DNA of 57,698 bases, from positions 1-57,698 of the IMG/VR virus record IMGVR_UViG_3300032053_000088. One strand, given 5' to 3'. Of this stretch, positions 25,021-33,590 are shown one piece after another. The notes beneath the pieces were generated by a model, which saw only the letters and a list, made by a program, of their open reading frames with translations, did not search any database and had not been told where the DNA came from. Made by a program: the position numbers and the translations under genes. The DNA is from a virus (Duplodnaviria > Caudoviricetes). Every line of letters begins with the position of its first letter. The first letter of the stretch is position 1.

Positions 25021-25761
25021 TTATTCCGGAAATAGCTGAGACAGATTAGCATCTGCCTGAAGAGCAGAAGAGGTTGGGGCAGTACCAACTTTCCGGGCCA
25101 ATTTTTCGTTGATGATATCAACAACAATATCCAAAAATTTCTTATCTCTCTCTTTTTTGAGATATTTTGTGTTGTGGACGTCGATAACACATAAGCTAAT
25201 ACTCAATTCTGAACATACTTGAAATTTCCTTTGATCGTTGGTTTGTGTCTTTTTGAGTTTTTCCTCACTAAAAATAGGCTCATAATGAAAAACTCCATTT
25301 AGTTCAAAAGCCAATTTTAACGAAGGAATGTAAATATCTAATTCAGCGTTTATAGCGTTTGTTTTATTATAATGAATTTCTAAATGCGGATATTTTTCTG
25401 TAAGTATTTTTTCTATCCACATTTCAAGTTTTGACCGACGACAACCAAAATGTTTGTGAGAGTTATGATAAATTGCCGCACACGAACGGGAACAAAAGTG
25501 ATGATTGAATCTATTAAGTTGATGAGGATTAACTAAAATTGGTTTTTGGCATTGTTCACACATCGAATCGATTCGTTTAGACATCGTTTTGTTTCTACAT
25601 TTCTCTGAACAGTATTTGAATCTATACCCGTTGTGATTCAACACCCACTGAATTTTGTGTTTAGGCCCATAGAACGTTTTGCGACAACACTCACATTCAA
25701 GTGGAATTTTTTCTCGGCTTTTGTATTTTCCTATATCTTTTTGGTCTATCAACAACTTCAT
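25021..25761 (-). CDS. Free-standing Vsr/DUF559-like endonuclease with Zn-ribbon repeats
   Basis: CxxC...YCSxxC repeats; ELDIYIPSLKLAFELNGVFHY. Confidence 0.8.
   Translation of the reverse strand: MKLLIDQKDIGKYKSREKIPLECECCRKTFYGPKHKIQWVLNHNGYRFKYCSEKCRNKTMSKRIDSMCEQCQKPILVNPHQLNRFNHHFCSRSCAAIYHNSHKHFGCRRSKLEMWIEKILTEKYPHLEIHYNKTNAINAELDIYIPSLKLAFELNGVFHYEPIFSEEKLKKTQTNDQRKFQVCSELSISLCVIDVHNTKYLKKERDKKFLDIVVDIINEKLARKVGTAPTSSALQADANLSQLFPE
25026..25100 (+). tRNA. tRNA-Phe(GAA)
   Basis: tctgc-ctGAAga-gcaga, CCA; antisense to endonuclease C-terminus. Confidence 0.8.
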
Positions 25762-25886
25762 GTTAATAAATAGTATTGAATTTTTGATTTCGATTCAAAA
25801 AGGCGGGACCAATTTACATATTACCGTTCGGTAACATTAGTAGATAAAAACTATAAAAACTATAAAATATTACCGATAGGGAATAA

Positions 25887-25961
25887 CAGAGTGTAGCCTA
25901 ATGGTCAGGCACTTGTTTCGGGAACAAGATCAAGTGAGTTCGATTCTCACCACTTTGACCA
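25887..25961 (+). tRNA. tRNA-Pro(CGG)
   Basis: C1-G72, cttgt-ttCGGga-acaag, CCA. Confidence 0.88.
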
Positions 25962-25965
25962 CCTT

Positions 25966-26041
25966 AGATGGGTAGTCCAACTTTTAGAGACGCCGGTATA
26001 CAATCCGGGTCAACGTGTAGGTGTAAATCCTACTCCATCTA
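25966..26041 (+). pseudogene. tRNA of undetermined identity (8-nt anticodon loop)
   Basis: AGATGGG/TCCATCT, D and T arms, ccgg-tatacaat-ccgg; no CCA. Confidence 0.5.
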
Positions 26042-26051
26042 CTTATGAAAC

Positions 26052-26127
26052 GGCCTCGTAGTGTAATGGAAACACACAACACTCTCATTGTTGAAAAGTT
26101 AGGGTTCAATTCCCACCGGGGCTACCA
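26052..26127 (+). tRNA. tRNA-Glu(CTC)
   Basis: caaca-ctCTCat-tgttg, CCA. Confidence 0.75.
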
Positions 26128-26134
26128 ATTTCAT

Positions 26135-26209
26135 GGATTCGTGGTGAAAAGGATATCACAGAAATTTCCTAAATTTCAGTTTTGGGTTCGATTCCCAACG
26201 GATCTACCA
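26135..26209 (+). tRNA. tRNA-Arg(CCT)
   Basis: gaaat-ttCCTaa-atttc, CCA. Confidence 0.85.
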
Positions 26210-26252
26210 TTTCGTTCTTGACAATGAGATGTTATGTGGTAAGTTATACTAT

Positions 26253-26696
26253 ATGAATAAAGAATATATTACAAGATTTTCAGCGTTCGCATTTTATGTT
26301 GGTGCTGCTTTATCGTATATTAATGGAATAGAATGGGCCATGTGGGTGTATAATTTATCTTTTCTGTTCGTTATACTTCCTATTGTTTTAGTTAATTTGT
26401 TGGGAATTTGTGTGATGTATGTGGGATTCGATGCTGTTGCCGAACAAGGATTACAGAAAATGTTGGAAACGAACGTTAAAGACTTTAAAAAACAATCAGA
26501 AAAAATTTACGAAAGATGGAATGATATGTTTATATTGTGCCAACTTTGTTTGTCAATGATATGTGCATATTCTGGACATTACTTTATGAGCACAGTATTG
26601 TTTTTATTAGTTGTTTTTAATGCTTTGTCTACCAGTTTGGCAAGAAGTATTTATTGTAAATTTTTAAGAGTTTGGAATAAGATTGCTGAAAAATAG
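26253..26696 (+). CDS. Multi-pass membrane protein
   Basis: About 4 hydrophobic segments; promoter 26218-26245. Confidence 0.7.
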   Translation: MNKEYITRFSAFAFYVGAALSYINGIEWAMWVYNLSFLFVILPIVLVNLLGICVMYVGFDAVAEQGLQKMLETNVKDFKKQSEKIYERWNDMFILCQLCLSMICAYSGHYFMSTVLFLLVVFNALSTSLARSIYCKFLRVWNKIAEK

Positions 26697-26859
26697 AATA
26701 CGGAAACGGATTCTGAATCGCTCTGATAACAACTTCCCGTGCTAGCCGGATGGAAACATGAGGATATGCTAGGGAGTTTTATACTCCGCGAAATATTTCG
26801 TTCCAAGTTGGAGGATGTGTTAGTATCTTGTAGAATCAGGAGCTATTGACACACACACA

Positions 26860-26947
26860 GGAAGGTTGCAGGAGTGGTAACTGGTCAGCCTGCTAAGCTG
26901 AAGCCTGGGTAATACCAGCAAGAGTTCGATTCTCTTACCTTCCGCCA
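26860..26947 (+). tRNA. tRNA-Ser(GCT)
   Basis: tcagc-ctGCTaa-gctga, long variable arm, CCA. Confidence 0.88.
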
Positions 26948-26950
26948 TTT

Positions 26951-27085
26951 TTGACCGTTTGGTGTACAGATACGATCCATAAACTGCACGCCTCATAAGT
27001 TAAGGCCATAATGTCAACATAAACGGCGTTGAATGATAAAGAGGAAGACAGGGGTGGAGAATCGGGATTCCCCTGGAACGGTCAA
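26951..27085 (+). ncRNA. tRNA scaffold with expanded D, anticodon and T loops
   Basis: ttgaccgtt/aacggtcaa, gtgt/gcac, cctc/gagg and cagggg/cccctg in cloverleaf order. Confidence 0.55.
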
Positions 27086-27108
27086 CATGGTAAGGATAAT
27101 AATAGAAC

Positions 27109-27678
27109 ATGAAAACAAGTCTAAGAATTAGAGCCGACAGGTGCAAGAAACTTAGGTGTAAAAACCTTATAGCCGTTCTTGAAAATCCAAAAACTTTGGA
27201 AAATATAGGGTCTACCGTCAGAAATATAGATGCTTTAGGAGTTCACAAACTATATGTTATTGATGGATATAAACTACTTCCTGACGATTGGCAGACAATG
27301 CGGGAGAGAAAAACTCTCAATAACATTTCGGTATCTGCTATCAAGTGGGCATTTGTTAAACGATACTCCGATACAGAATCGTGTATTAAATATCTTAAAA
27401 GTAAGAATTTTACATCTGTAGTCACTTCTCCTCATTTAAAAGGTAAAAAGAATATGTTGTTGGAGGAAGCCAAATTTACTCAAAAACGAGTAGCGGTTTG
27501 GTTTGGTAATGAAAGTCAAGGAGTTAGTGATAAAGCCGTAGAAAACGCCGAGTTTTGTGTAAATATTCCAATGTGTGGTATCATAGAAAGTTTAAACCTT
27601 GGAACGAGCACCGGTATAGTTCTTTATGAAGCTACAAGACAACGAAGACAATTTTTAAAAAATAAAGGAAAGTTATGA
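27109..27678 (+). CDS. trmH: SpoU/TrmH-family tRNA 2'-O-methyltransferase
   Basis: VLENP..NIG..VR, FGNESQGVS, IPMCGIIESLNL SPOUT motifs. Confidence 0.9.
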   Translation: MKTSLRIRADRCKKLRCKNLIAVLENPKTLENIGSTVRNIDALGVHKLYVIDGYKLLPDDWQTMRERKTLNNISVSAIKWAFVKRYSDTESCIKYLKSKNFTSVVTSPHLKGKKNMLLEEAKFTQKRVAVWFGNESQGVSDKAVENAEFCVNIPMCGIIESLNLGTSTGIVLYEATRQRRQFLKNKGKL

Positions 27679-27971
27679 AACGTGTAGGTTATTGGAGATC
27701 AAAACAAGATGATGTTGGGGATTTACCTTGGCCAGAAGAAGGTCATCTTCCAACGGAAACAAAAAACTTTGTTGGTGATTATTTACGATCTGGAAAATTA
27801 CATGAGGCTTGGATGGGGTGGTCAAATTGTAGAATTTGTGGAAAAGAAAATGGTAGTGTTTGTTTGACCGATGGGGAATTCGTTTGGCCAGAGGGATATA
27901 TACATTATATTTTAGATCATAATATTATGGCCGATTCGGAATTATTAGTTAAAATATTACTTAAAAAATAA
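27675..27971 (+). CDS. Hypothetical protein
   Basis: WMGWSNCRICG...WPEGYIHYI. Confidence 0.75.
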   Translation: MKRVGYWRSKQDDVGDLPWPEEGHLPTETKNFVGDYLRSGKLHEAWMGWSNCRICGKENGSVCLTDGEFVWPEGYIHYILDHNIMADSELLVKILLKK

Positions 27972-28189
27972 AGGAAAGTTATGAAGTTATGTAAAGATTG
28001 TAAACATTGTGGGTATAATCGCCCAACAGATGGATACTATATTGTATCTACATTACCGTGTCTTTGGACTCGTTCTAAATTCATATCCACTTGTGGAGCC
28101 GTATCCTTGGAAAGTATTACATCCTATTTAGATGGTCAAAAAGGAAAATAACTTGATTTCCAAGTGTTAATGTGATATACTCTTCCATT

Positions 28190-28567
28190 ATGAGTGATTT
28201 CAAAGTTATAGAAAAAGTGTATCCGAGCAGAGAACCCGAAAGCGGTATTCCACCAGAAACAAGATGGATTATTGTTGATGCCAACGACAAACTATTGGAT
28301 GATGCTGGTGGATATGGATATAAGACCAAACAGAATGCTCTCAAAGCAGGTTGGTATAAGTTTCAAGGCGGTAGGAACAAGATTGATGACATCAAGGCGT
28401 GGTGGAAACAAAACAAAGCATTCTCAAATAAGTTAAACAAATTTCAGTTGAATTGGTTCAAGGAGATTGCCCGTGATGAAGTTAATTTTGAGGAAGAAGC
28501 AGTCAAGATTGCCAAAGAAATGAATGTAGAAGGATTTGAAATAAAATTCCTCCGTTACATGATATGA
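28190..28567 (+). CDS. Hypothetical protein
   Basis: LLDDAGGYGYKT motif; promoter upstream. Confidence 0.75.
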   Translation: MSDFKVIEKVYPSREPESGIPPETRWIIVDANDKLLDDAGGYGYKTKQNALKAGWYKFQGGRNKIDDIKAWWKQNKAFSNKLNKFQLNWFKEIARDEVNFEEEAVKIAKEMNVEGFEIKFLRYMI

Positions 28568-29154
28568 AAATAAAACACGGATATGCTATAAGAAATAATT
28601 TACATCCTCTATACAGATGTTGGATTGGTATAAAAGTTAGATGCTACAATATAAATTGTAAAGGATTTGAATATTATGGTGCTCGTGGAATAAAAATGTG
28701 CGATGAATGGTTAAATGACCCACAACTATTTGTGACTTGGGGATTATTACACGGGTGGAAAAGAGGACTGCAAATTGACCGAATAGATAATAATGGAAAT
28801 TATACTCCAAATAATTGTAGATTCATTACCAAATCTATAAACAATTCCAATCGTAGAAGGACTACAAAATGTCAAAAACAATCAATACTACCAATGGGAG
28901 TGTGGAAAAATAAAAATGGTGGAAAATTTTGTGTCGCTATCCGCAGTAAAGGAAAAAAGATTTATCTTGGGACATTTGATACTATTGAGGATGCCTCACG
29001 AACATACCAAGACGCAGCATTCAACATAGGTAAGTCGTCTATAATGTGTGGAAATTTTCTACAAGAAAGAGATTGTAGAAAGAGCACCACTGATAGTGCT
29101 CAAGCGGAAATGACAACGAATGTTGTGTCAACCGCAGAACCCATTGCCCTTTAG
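28564..29154 (+). CDS. HNH-type endonuclease with AP2 domain; tail reads into TnpB-like 3' end
   Basis: YGARGI...IDRIDNNGNY.PNNCRF; GVW...YLGTFDTIEDA. Confidence 0.8.
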   Translation: MKIKHGYAIRNNLHPLYRCWIGIKVRCYNINCKGFEYYGARGIKMCDEWLNDPQLFVTWGLLHGWKRGLQIDRIDNNGNYTPNNCRFITKSINNSNRRRTTKCQKQSILPMGVWKNKNGGKFCVAIRSKGKKIYLGTFDTIEDASRTYQDAAFNIGKSSIMCGNFLQERDCRKSTTDSAQAEMTTNVVSTAEPIAL

Positions 29155-29170
29155 GGCATGGAGTAAGTCA
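29014..29170 (+). mobile_element. TnpB/IS605-like omegaRNA and right-end remnant
   Basis: AAFNIG codons, gagcac-cactgata-gtgctc hairpin, ccat.gccc-ttta-gggc.atgg hairpin then gtaagtca. Confidence 0.6.
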
Positions 29171-29515
29171 GGGTCCTGCTAAGATATACAAACTAGAAGT
29201 AGCATTTCCTGATCCAGTTTGAGAAGCTCTAATATATCCCCGTCTAACCGATAAACTTGCCGTGGATACAGATCCCGTTCCAGTAGTATTCAAAATAAAA
29301 TCATTCCACCAATGAGCGTTGTCAAGAGAAGATTCTATAGCAAAACTTCCGGTTGACCCTACGCTAGAAGCAGATCCAGTCATTACGGCTTGAAATGTAA
29401 TATTATTATAATCTCCAACAGCCCAAGCGGATGCTGTGGTAGATGTTCCAGGAGCTGGTGCCCAAACTCCGTCTAATCTTTGAATAAATCCATATCCTTG
29501 TGTTTCGTTAGCCAT
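29168..29515 (-). CDS. Hypothetical Ser/Thr/Gly-rich protein, possibly virion-associated
   Basis: 115-aa ORF, TATTTATA upstream. Confidence 0.75.
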   Translation of the reverse strand: MANETQGYGFIQRLDGVWAPAPGTSTTASAWAVGDYNNITFQAVMTGSASSVGSTGSFAIESSLDNAHWWNDFILNTTGTGSVSTASLSVRRGYIRASQTGSGNATSSLYILAGP

Positions 29516-29641
29516 AAGTTTATATTATCAGGGTTAAAAGTTATCATTTATAAATATAATCAAACAAATCAAATACGTTATATTTATCGACACGATTTTT
29601 ACTTGACATTTGAAAAAGGTGTAGTATATTTATAATCAAAC

Positions 29642-29716
29642 GGGCGATTAGCTCAGTGGTAGAGCAGGTTCCCTACACGGACAAGGTCAGCGGTTCAAAT
29701 CCGTTATCGCCCACCA
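29642..29716 (+). tRNA. tRNA-Val(TAC), C33
   Basis: Canonical Val body, loop ccTACac, CCA; promoter 29603-29630. Confidence 0.85.
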
Positions 29717-29806
29717 TTTTAGACGGCTGATGGTATCGCCGGATAAAGGTCATTTTAGACCAATGAGTTAGAGCGTATAAAATTAACTTTAACAACCATC
29801 TATTTA

Positions 29807-29884
29807 CGGAGTGTAGCGCAGCCTGGCTAGCGCATCTGTTTTGGGTACAGAGGGTCGCAGGTTCGAATCCTGTCACTCCGACCA
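29807..29884 (+). tRNA. tRNA-Pro(TGG)
   Basis: Canonical bacterial Pro cloverleaf. Confidence 0.92.
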
Positions 29885-29897
29885 TTTTTTGTTAGTT

Positions 29898-29983
29898 GGC
29901 AGATTGCCGGAACGGTAACGGGCCCGCCTTGAACGCGGAGGCAAGTAATACTTGAGTGGGTTCGACTCCTACATCTGCCGCCA
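29898..29983 (+). tRNA. tRNA-Ser(TGA)
   Basis: Loop ctTGAac, long variable arm, G73. Confidence 0.85.
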
Positions 29984-29984
29984 C

Positions 29985-30062
29985 GCTGCTCTAGCCCAAT
30001 TGGCAGGAGGCGTTACTTTGAGAGAGTAAATAGTATGAGTTCGAATCTCATGGGCAGCACCA
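29985..30062 (+). tRNA. tRNA-Leu(GAG), short variable loop
   Basis: ttact-ttGAGag-agtaa, CCA. Confidence 0.85.
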
Positions 30063-30072
30063 AATTTATATT

Positions 30073-30477
30073 ATGTTAATTCTAATGCATAGAGAAGCGA
30101 AAGACGCGGTTGAGGCTTATCCTCATAAATTCAACGTCATTGGTGTAGAACCAACGTTGAAGGTGGATACTAGTTTGTGTAAAAATCATTTACAGCTTAT
30201 CGTGGATGATTTGGATACGGATGTAGAATTATATCCTCAATATCATTACGCACATAAAGAGGACATTATGAAGGCTGTGGATTTCGGTAAGAAACATAAG
30301 GTCCATATTATTCATTGTGCGGCAGGATTATCCAGAAGTCCGGCAATAGCTTATGCTATTTTTAGAAGTCAGGGAATGTCCAAGAAAGAGGCCATGGATA
30401 AAGTTTTAGAAATTCAACCAGAAGCTATTCCAAACAAAAGAATAGTCAAATTAACGGATGAAATTTTCGGTAAATAA
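30073..30477 (+). CDS. Protein-tyrosine/dual-specificity phosphatase-like
   Basis: HCAAGLSRS (HCX5R) motif. Confidence 0.88.
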   Translation: MLILMHREAKDAVEAYPHKFNVIGVEPTLKVDTSLCKNHLQLIVDDLDTDVELYPQYHYAHKEDIMKAVDFGKKHKVHIIHCAAGLSRSPAIAYAIFRSQGMSKKEAMDKVLEIQPEAIPNKRIVKLTDEIFGK

Positions 30478-30482
30478 AATAT

Positions 30483-30752
30483 ATGCAAAAAGAATTTTCA
30501 TTTATTAAATTGTTTGAACAGGTATTAGATGATAATCCAATTCTTAATACAAAGTTTAGACAAGACGTTCCAACTAATGATTGTTTGTATTATACACTTA
30601 AATGTGGAGAATCGTGGCCATTAGATCCTTGGAACAGACCTTGGAAAGAAGAATCGGTATGTGAATTTCATTCATTTTCAGGTCAAACCTCTTGGATTCA
30701 ACACACTTATATTGATGGTTATAAAATAAGATGTTGTATATCAAATTTTTAA
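30483..30752 (+). CDS. Hypothetical protein
   Basis: 89-aa ORF. Confidence 0.6.
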   Translation: MQKEFSFIKLFEQVLDDNPILNTKFRQDVPTNDCLYYTLKCGESWPLDPWNRPWKEESVCEFHSFSGQTSWIQHTYIDGYKIRCCISNF

Positions 30753-30765
30753 TTGTATAAACAAT

Positions 30766-30924
30766 ATGAAAAATCTTTGTTGTGGTAAAAACAAATACGA
30801 TTCAAAGAAAGAAGCTATGGATTTAATAGCTTTAATCAAACACGAATCGTTCGGTGGTGTTGTAGATTTAAAACCGTATAAGTGTAAAAAATGTCATAAA
30901 TGGCATCTAACCAAATCGTTTTGA
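30766..30924 (+). CDS. Small Zn-finger protein (52 aa)
   Basis: CGKNKY...YKCKKCHKWHLT. Confidence 0.65.
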   Translation: MKNLCCGKNKYDSKKEAMDLIALIKHESFGGVVDLKPYKCKKCHKWHLTKSF

Positions 30925-30937
30925 TATACATATTAAT

Positions 30938-31192
30938 ATGAGATTACAAGAATTTTTAATGGATGGTAAAGGAAAGTATTCAGCTATAAGATTATCTTTT
31001 CTTTGTTGGATGCTTGGAGTATTGGTCATGTGGGGGTGGGTGTCTTTTCAACAAAAAAGTTTACAACCAATTCCCGAATCGGTCATTACTCTGATTGGTA
31101 TAGCAGTAGGTGGAAAAGTTGTTCAACGTATTGGTGAAAAGGAAAATACAACTACACCGACAGAAACCAACAAACAGATTTTGAATGGTTAA
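30938..31192 (+). CDS. Two-TM membrane protein, holin-like
   Basis: GKYSAIRL plus two hydrophobic helices and charged tail. Confidence 0.6.
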   Translation: MRLQEFLMDGKGKYSAIRLSFLCWMLGVLVMWGWVSFQQKSLQPIPESVITLIGIAVGGKVVQRIGEKENTTTPTETNKQILNG

Positions 31193-31200
31193 GATTTTAG

Positions 31201-31274
31201 GCCCCTGTAGTTTAAAAGAAAAACGACTGCATGGTAAGCAGGAAACGATAGAGCGTTACTATCGCGGAGCTCCA
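31201..31274 (+). tRNA. tRNA-Thr(GGT), imperfect acceptor stem
   Basis: ctgc-atGGTaa-gcag, T-loop agcgtta, CCA. Confidence 0.6.
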
Positions 31275-31359
31275 TTAATTTGTTATGAAAACTTTTATAG
31301 CTTGTGATCACATAATAACGATTGAGTATATTTGAATAGAATATTAAATTAAAAATAAC

Positions 31360-32238
31360 ATGATATTAAATAATTATCCTACAAATTGTCCGTTTACTGT
31401 GTCAGATGTTCAACAACAAAATCCGAATATTAACCGCATGACTTTGTATCAGAGGATGCGCAAATCCATTAGACAAGGACAAATTATATCTATCGGTGTG
31501 GTTTCTCAAGGCCGCGGCCGGCCTCTGTGTGTTTATGCGACGGTTCCAATTTCTTCAAAAGTTGCTGAAATATCTAAACAGATGGGAATACGAAATGTTG
31601 AAACAAGCACCGTTAAATCTGTAAATGTGAACACTACACAATCTACTAAGAAAGTTTATCCTCAAGGACAATTGAACGAAATACAACAACAGTTTCTTGA
31701 AAGAGCATTTTCACCGGAAATGATCAAGAAGATTATGCAACGGTCTAAACAAGAGATTGACAACATAATATCTGCCTCAGAATATACTAAAGGATTCAGA
31801 ACCGCTCTTAAATCTGATATGTTTAGCTCGTTATTTGGGTCAGTAGTTGCCGATATTATACGTAAAGAGATAGGATGTAAAGTTGAGACATCTGAGAACG
31901 ATGACAACAAACCTGATTTGTATTTTCCGGAAATTGATCTTAGTGTAGAAATTAAGGCTATGACGGGCACTTCATGGCAAGGAGGACAATACAGCAATCG
32001 TCCATATCCTACGCTGTTGGTCAGCCGGACACACGATAATAATTTGTTTTGGGTCGGGTTGGTCCCAGAAGTGGAGTGGGGATCAAACATGGATAAAGGT
32101 AAACGAAGATATGCAACAACATGTTCTTGGGCATGGGTTAGAGACAATCCATATCTTAAAATACTTATGGGTAGTATTTCTACAGTTAATGAAAATGGTA
32201 GAAAAGTTAAAGGTAATATGCAAATGGAAAAGATATAA
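31360..32238 (+). CDS. PD-(D/E)XK nuclease with N-terminal wHTH, putative restriction endonuclease
   Basis: KPDLYF...VEIK; adjacent to DNA methyltransferase. Confidence 0.6.
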   Translation: MILNNYPTNCPFTVSDVQQQNPNINRMTLYQRMRKSIRQGQIISIGVVSQGRGRPLCVYATVPISSKVAEISKQMGIRNVETSTVKSVNVNTTQSTKKVYPQGQLNEIQQQFLERAFSPEMIKKIMQRSKQEIDNIISASEYTKGFRTALKSDMFSSLFGSVVADIIRKEIGCKVETSENDDNKPDLYFPEIDLSVEIKAMTGTSWQGGQYSNRPYPTLLVSRTHDNNLFWVGLVPEVEWGSNMDKGKRRYATTCSWAWVRDNPYLKILMGSISTVNENGRKVKGNMQMEKI

Positions 32239-32239
32239 A

Positions 32240-33013
32240 ATGACTAATACACATCAAATTATTAACGGAGACTGTGTAAAAGAATTAAGAAAAATAAACA
32301 CAGAAAGTATTGGGTTGATTATTACAGATCCCCCTTTCAACATTGGAAAGAAATACAATTCTTATGCCGACAATAAAAATAAAGATGAGTATATTTGGTG
32401 GTGTCAAGTTTGGTTAATGGAATGTGTTCGTGTTTTGTCTGTAGGTAGTGCATTGTATCTTATTAACTATCCTGAGAATAATGCGTATCTTATGCCATTT
32501 CTTGATAAATATTTAACATTCAAGCGATGGATGACATGGCACTATCCTACCAATACCGGAATGTCACCAACAAACTATACTAGAAGCCAACATTCTATTC
32601 TTTTTTATGTTAAAGGAAATGAACCGAGAGTTTTTAATAAGGATGATATTGCCGAACCATATAGAAACCCGAAAGACAAGAGAATACTGCAACGAATCAA
32701 AAATGGTAGTAAAGGAAAAACTCCGTATGATGTGTTTGAATTTAATATTGTTAAAAATGTTAGTAAAGATAAGACAGACCATCCCTGTCAAATTCCTGTA
32801 TCTTTATTAGAAATATTTGTTAAAGCATCAAGTAACAAGGGTGACATAATTTTAGATCCATTTGGAGGAAGTTTTTCTACTGCTGTAGCATGTCAGAAAA
32901 ATGGAAGAAATTCTGTATCAATTGAATTGGATAAAATATATTGTGAAATTGGAAAAAATAGGTTAAATACACACGAACCTCATACGGAGTTAAATTTTCA
33001 CAATTTTTTTTAA
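32240..33013 (+). CDS. Beta-class N6A/N4C DNA methyltransferase
   Basis: TDPPFN before LDPFGGS motif; HPCQIP. Confidence 0.92.
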   Translation: MTNTHQIINGDCVKELRKINTESIGLIITDPPFNIGKKYNSYADNKNKDEYIWWCQVWLMECVRVLSVGSALYLINYPENNAYLMPFLDKYLTFKRWMTWHYPTNTGMSPTNYTRSQHSILFYVKGNEPRVFNKDDIAEPYRNPKDKRILQRIKNGSKGKTPYDVFEFNIVKNVSKDKTDHPCQIPVSLLEIFVKASSNKGDIILDPFGGSFSTAVACQKNGRNSVSIELDKIYCEIGKNRLNTHEPHTELNFHNFF

Positions 33014-33088
33014 TGGTAAATTTATACTTATAAACTCCAAATATTTTTATTTGACAAAACAACAAAAAGTTATATAGTTATTTATGAT

Positions 33089-33330
33089 TTTTGACATAAT
33101 CGACCTTGCGCGGATAGAAATATCTGAGGAAGTTCGGAACACTAAAGCAGCCGATTGGGAGAGTCAATTAATTCCGCTTAATTCAAAAAGGTGTAGTTAG
33201 TTGATTCGTTAAAACCACAAGGTAAGTGCAACTCAAACAGGACTAGAGTAGTGCTTCTCTATGATGTCCGGGTTGAGGCATAGACAAATGCAAGGATAAT
33301 AACAGAATTCCGGCTATGGATGTGTCAAAT
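33089..33330 (+). ncRNA. rnpB: Minimal RNase P RNA
   Basis: P1 tttgacat/gtgtcaaa; CR-I GAGGAAGTTCGG; CR-V AACAGAATTCCGGCTA; AGACAAATG. Confidence 0.85.
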
Positions 33331-33347
33331 ATTGTTGATAGAAATCA

Positions 33348-33433
33348 ACTGGTGGAGGTGACGTAGTTAAAAAACCTAGTCTTGAGTATTGGGCTGGTAA
33401 AAACTTTAGATTCCAGCAGCTACGCCCCCCAGT
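33348..33433 (+). ncRNA. Three-way-junction structured RNA
   Basis: cgtagtt/agctacg and actgg/ccagt closure; two internal hairpins. Confidence 0.4.
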
Positions 33434-33531
33434 GGGGCCATCGTTTATATTGGATCGGTTGGAGGTCCGTTTGTTTTGAACTGAAAAAGTTCTTGACATT
33501 TTGTAGAGTTGATGTATATTTATACATCGTT

Positions 33532-33574
33532 GGGGCCATCGTTCAACGGTAGGGCATTCCCCGTGGCTCCACCA
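33532..33574 (+). pseudogene. Internally deleted tRNA-Ala (acceptor, D-arm, CCA)
   Basis: GGGGCCA/TGGCTCC-ACCA with G3.U70; promoter 33493-33520. Confidence 0.65.
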
Positions 33575-33590
33575 AATTTGATCTTTGAAT

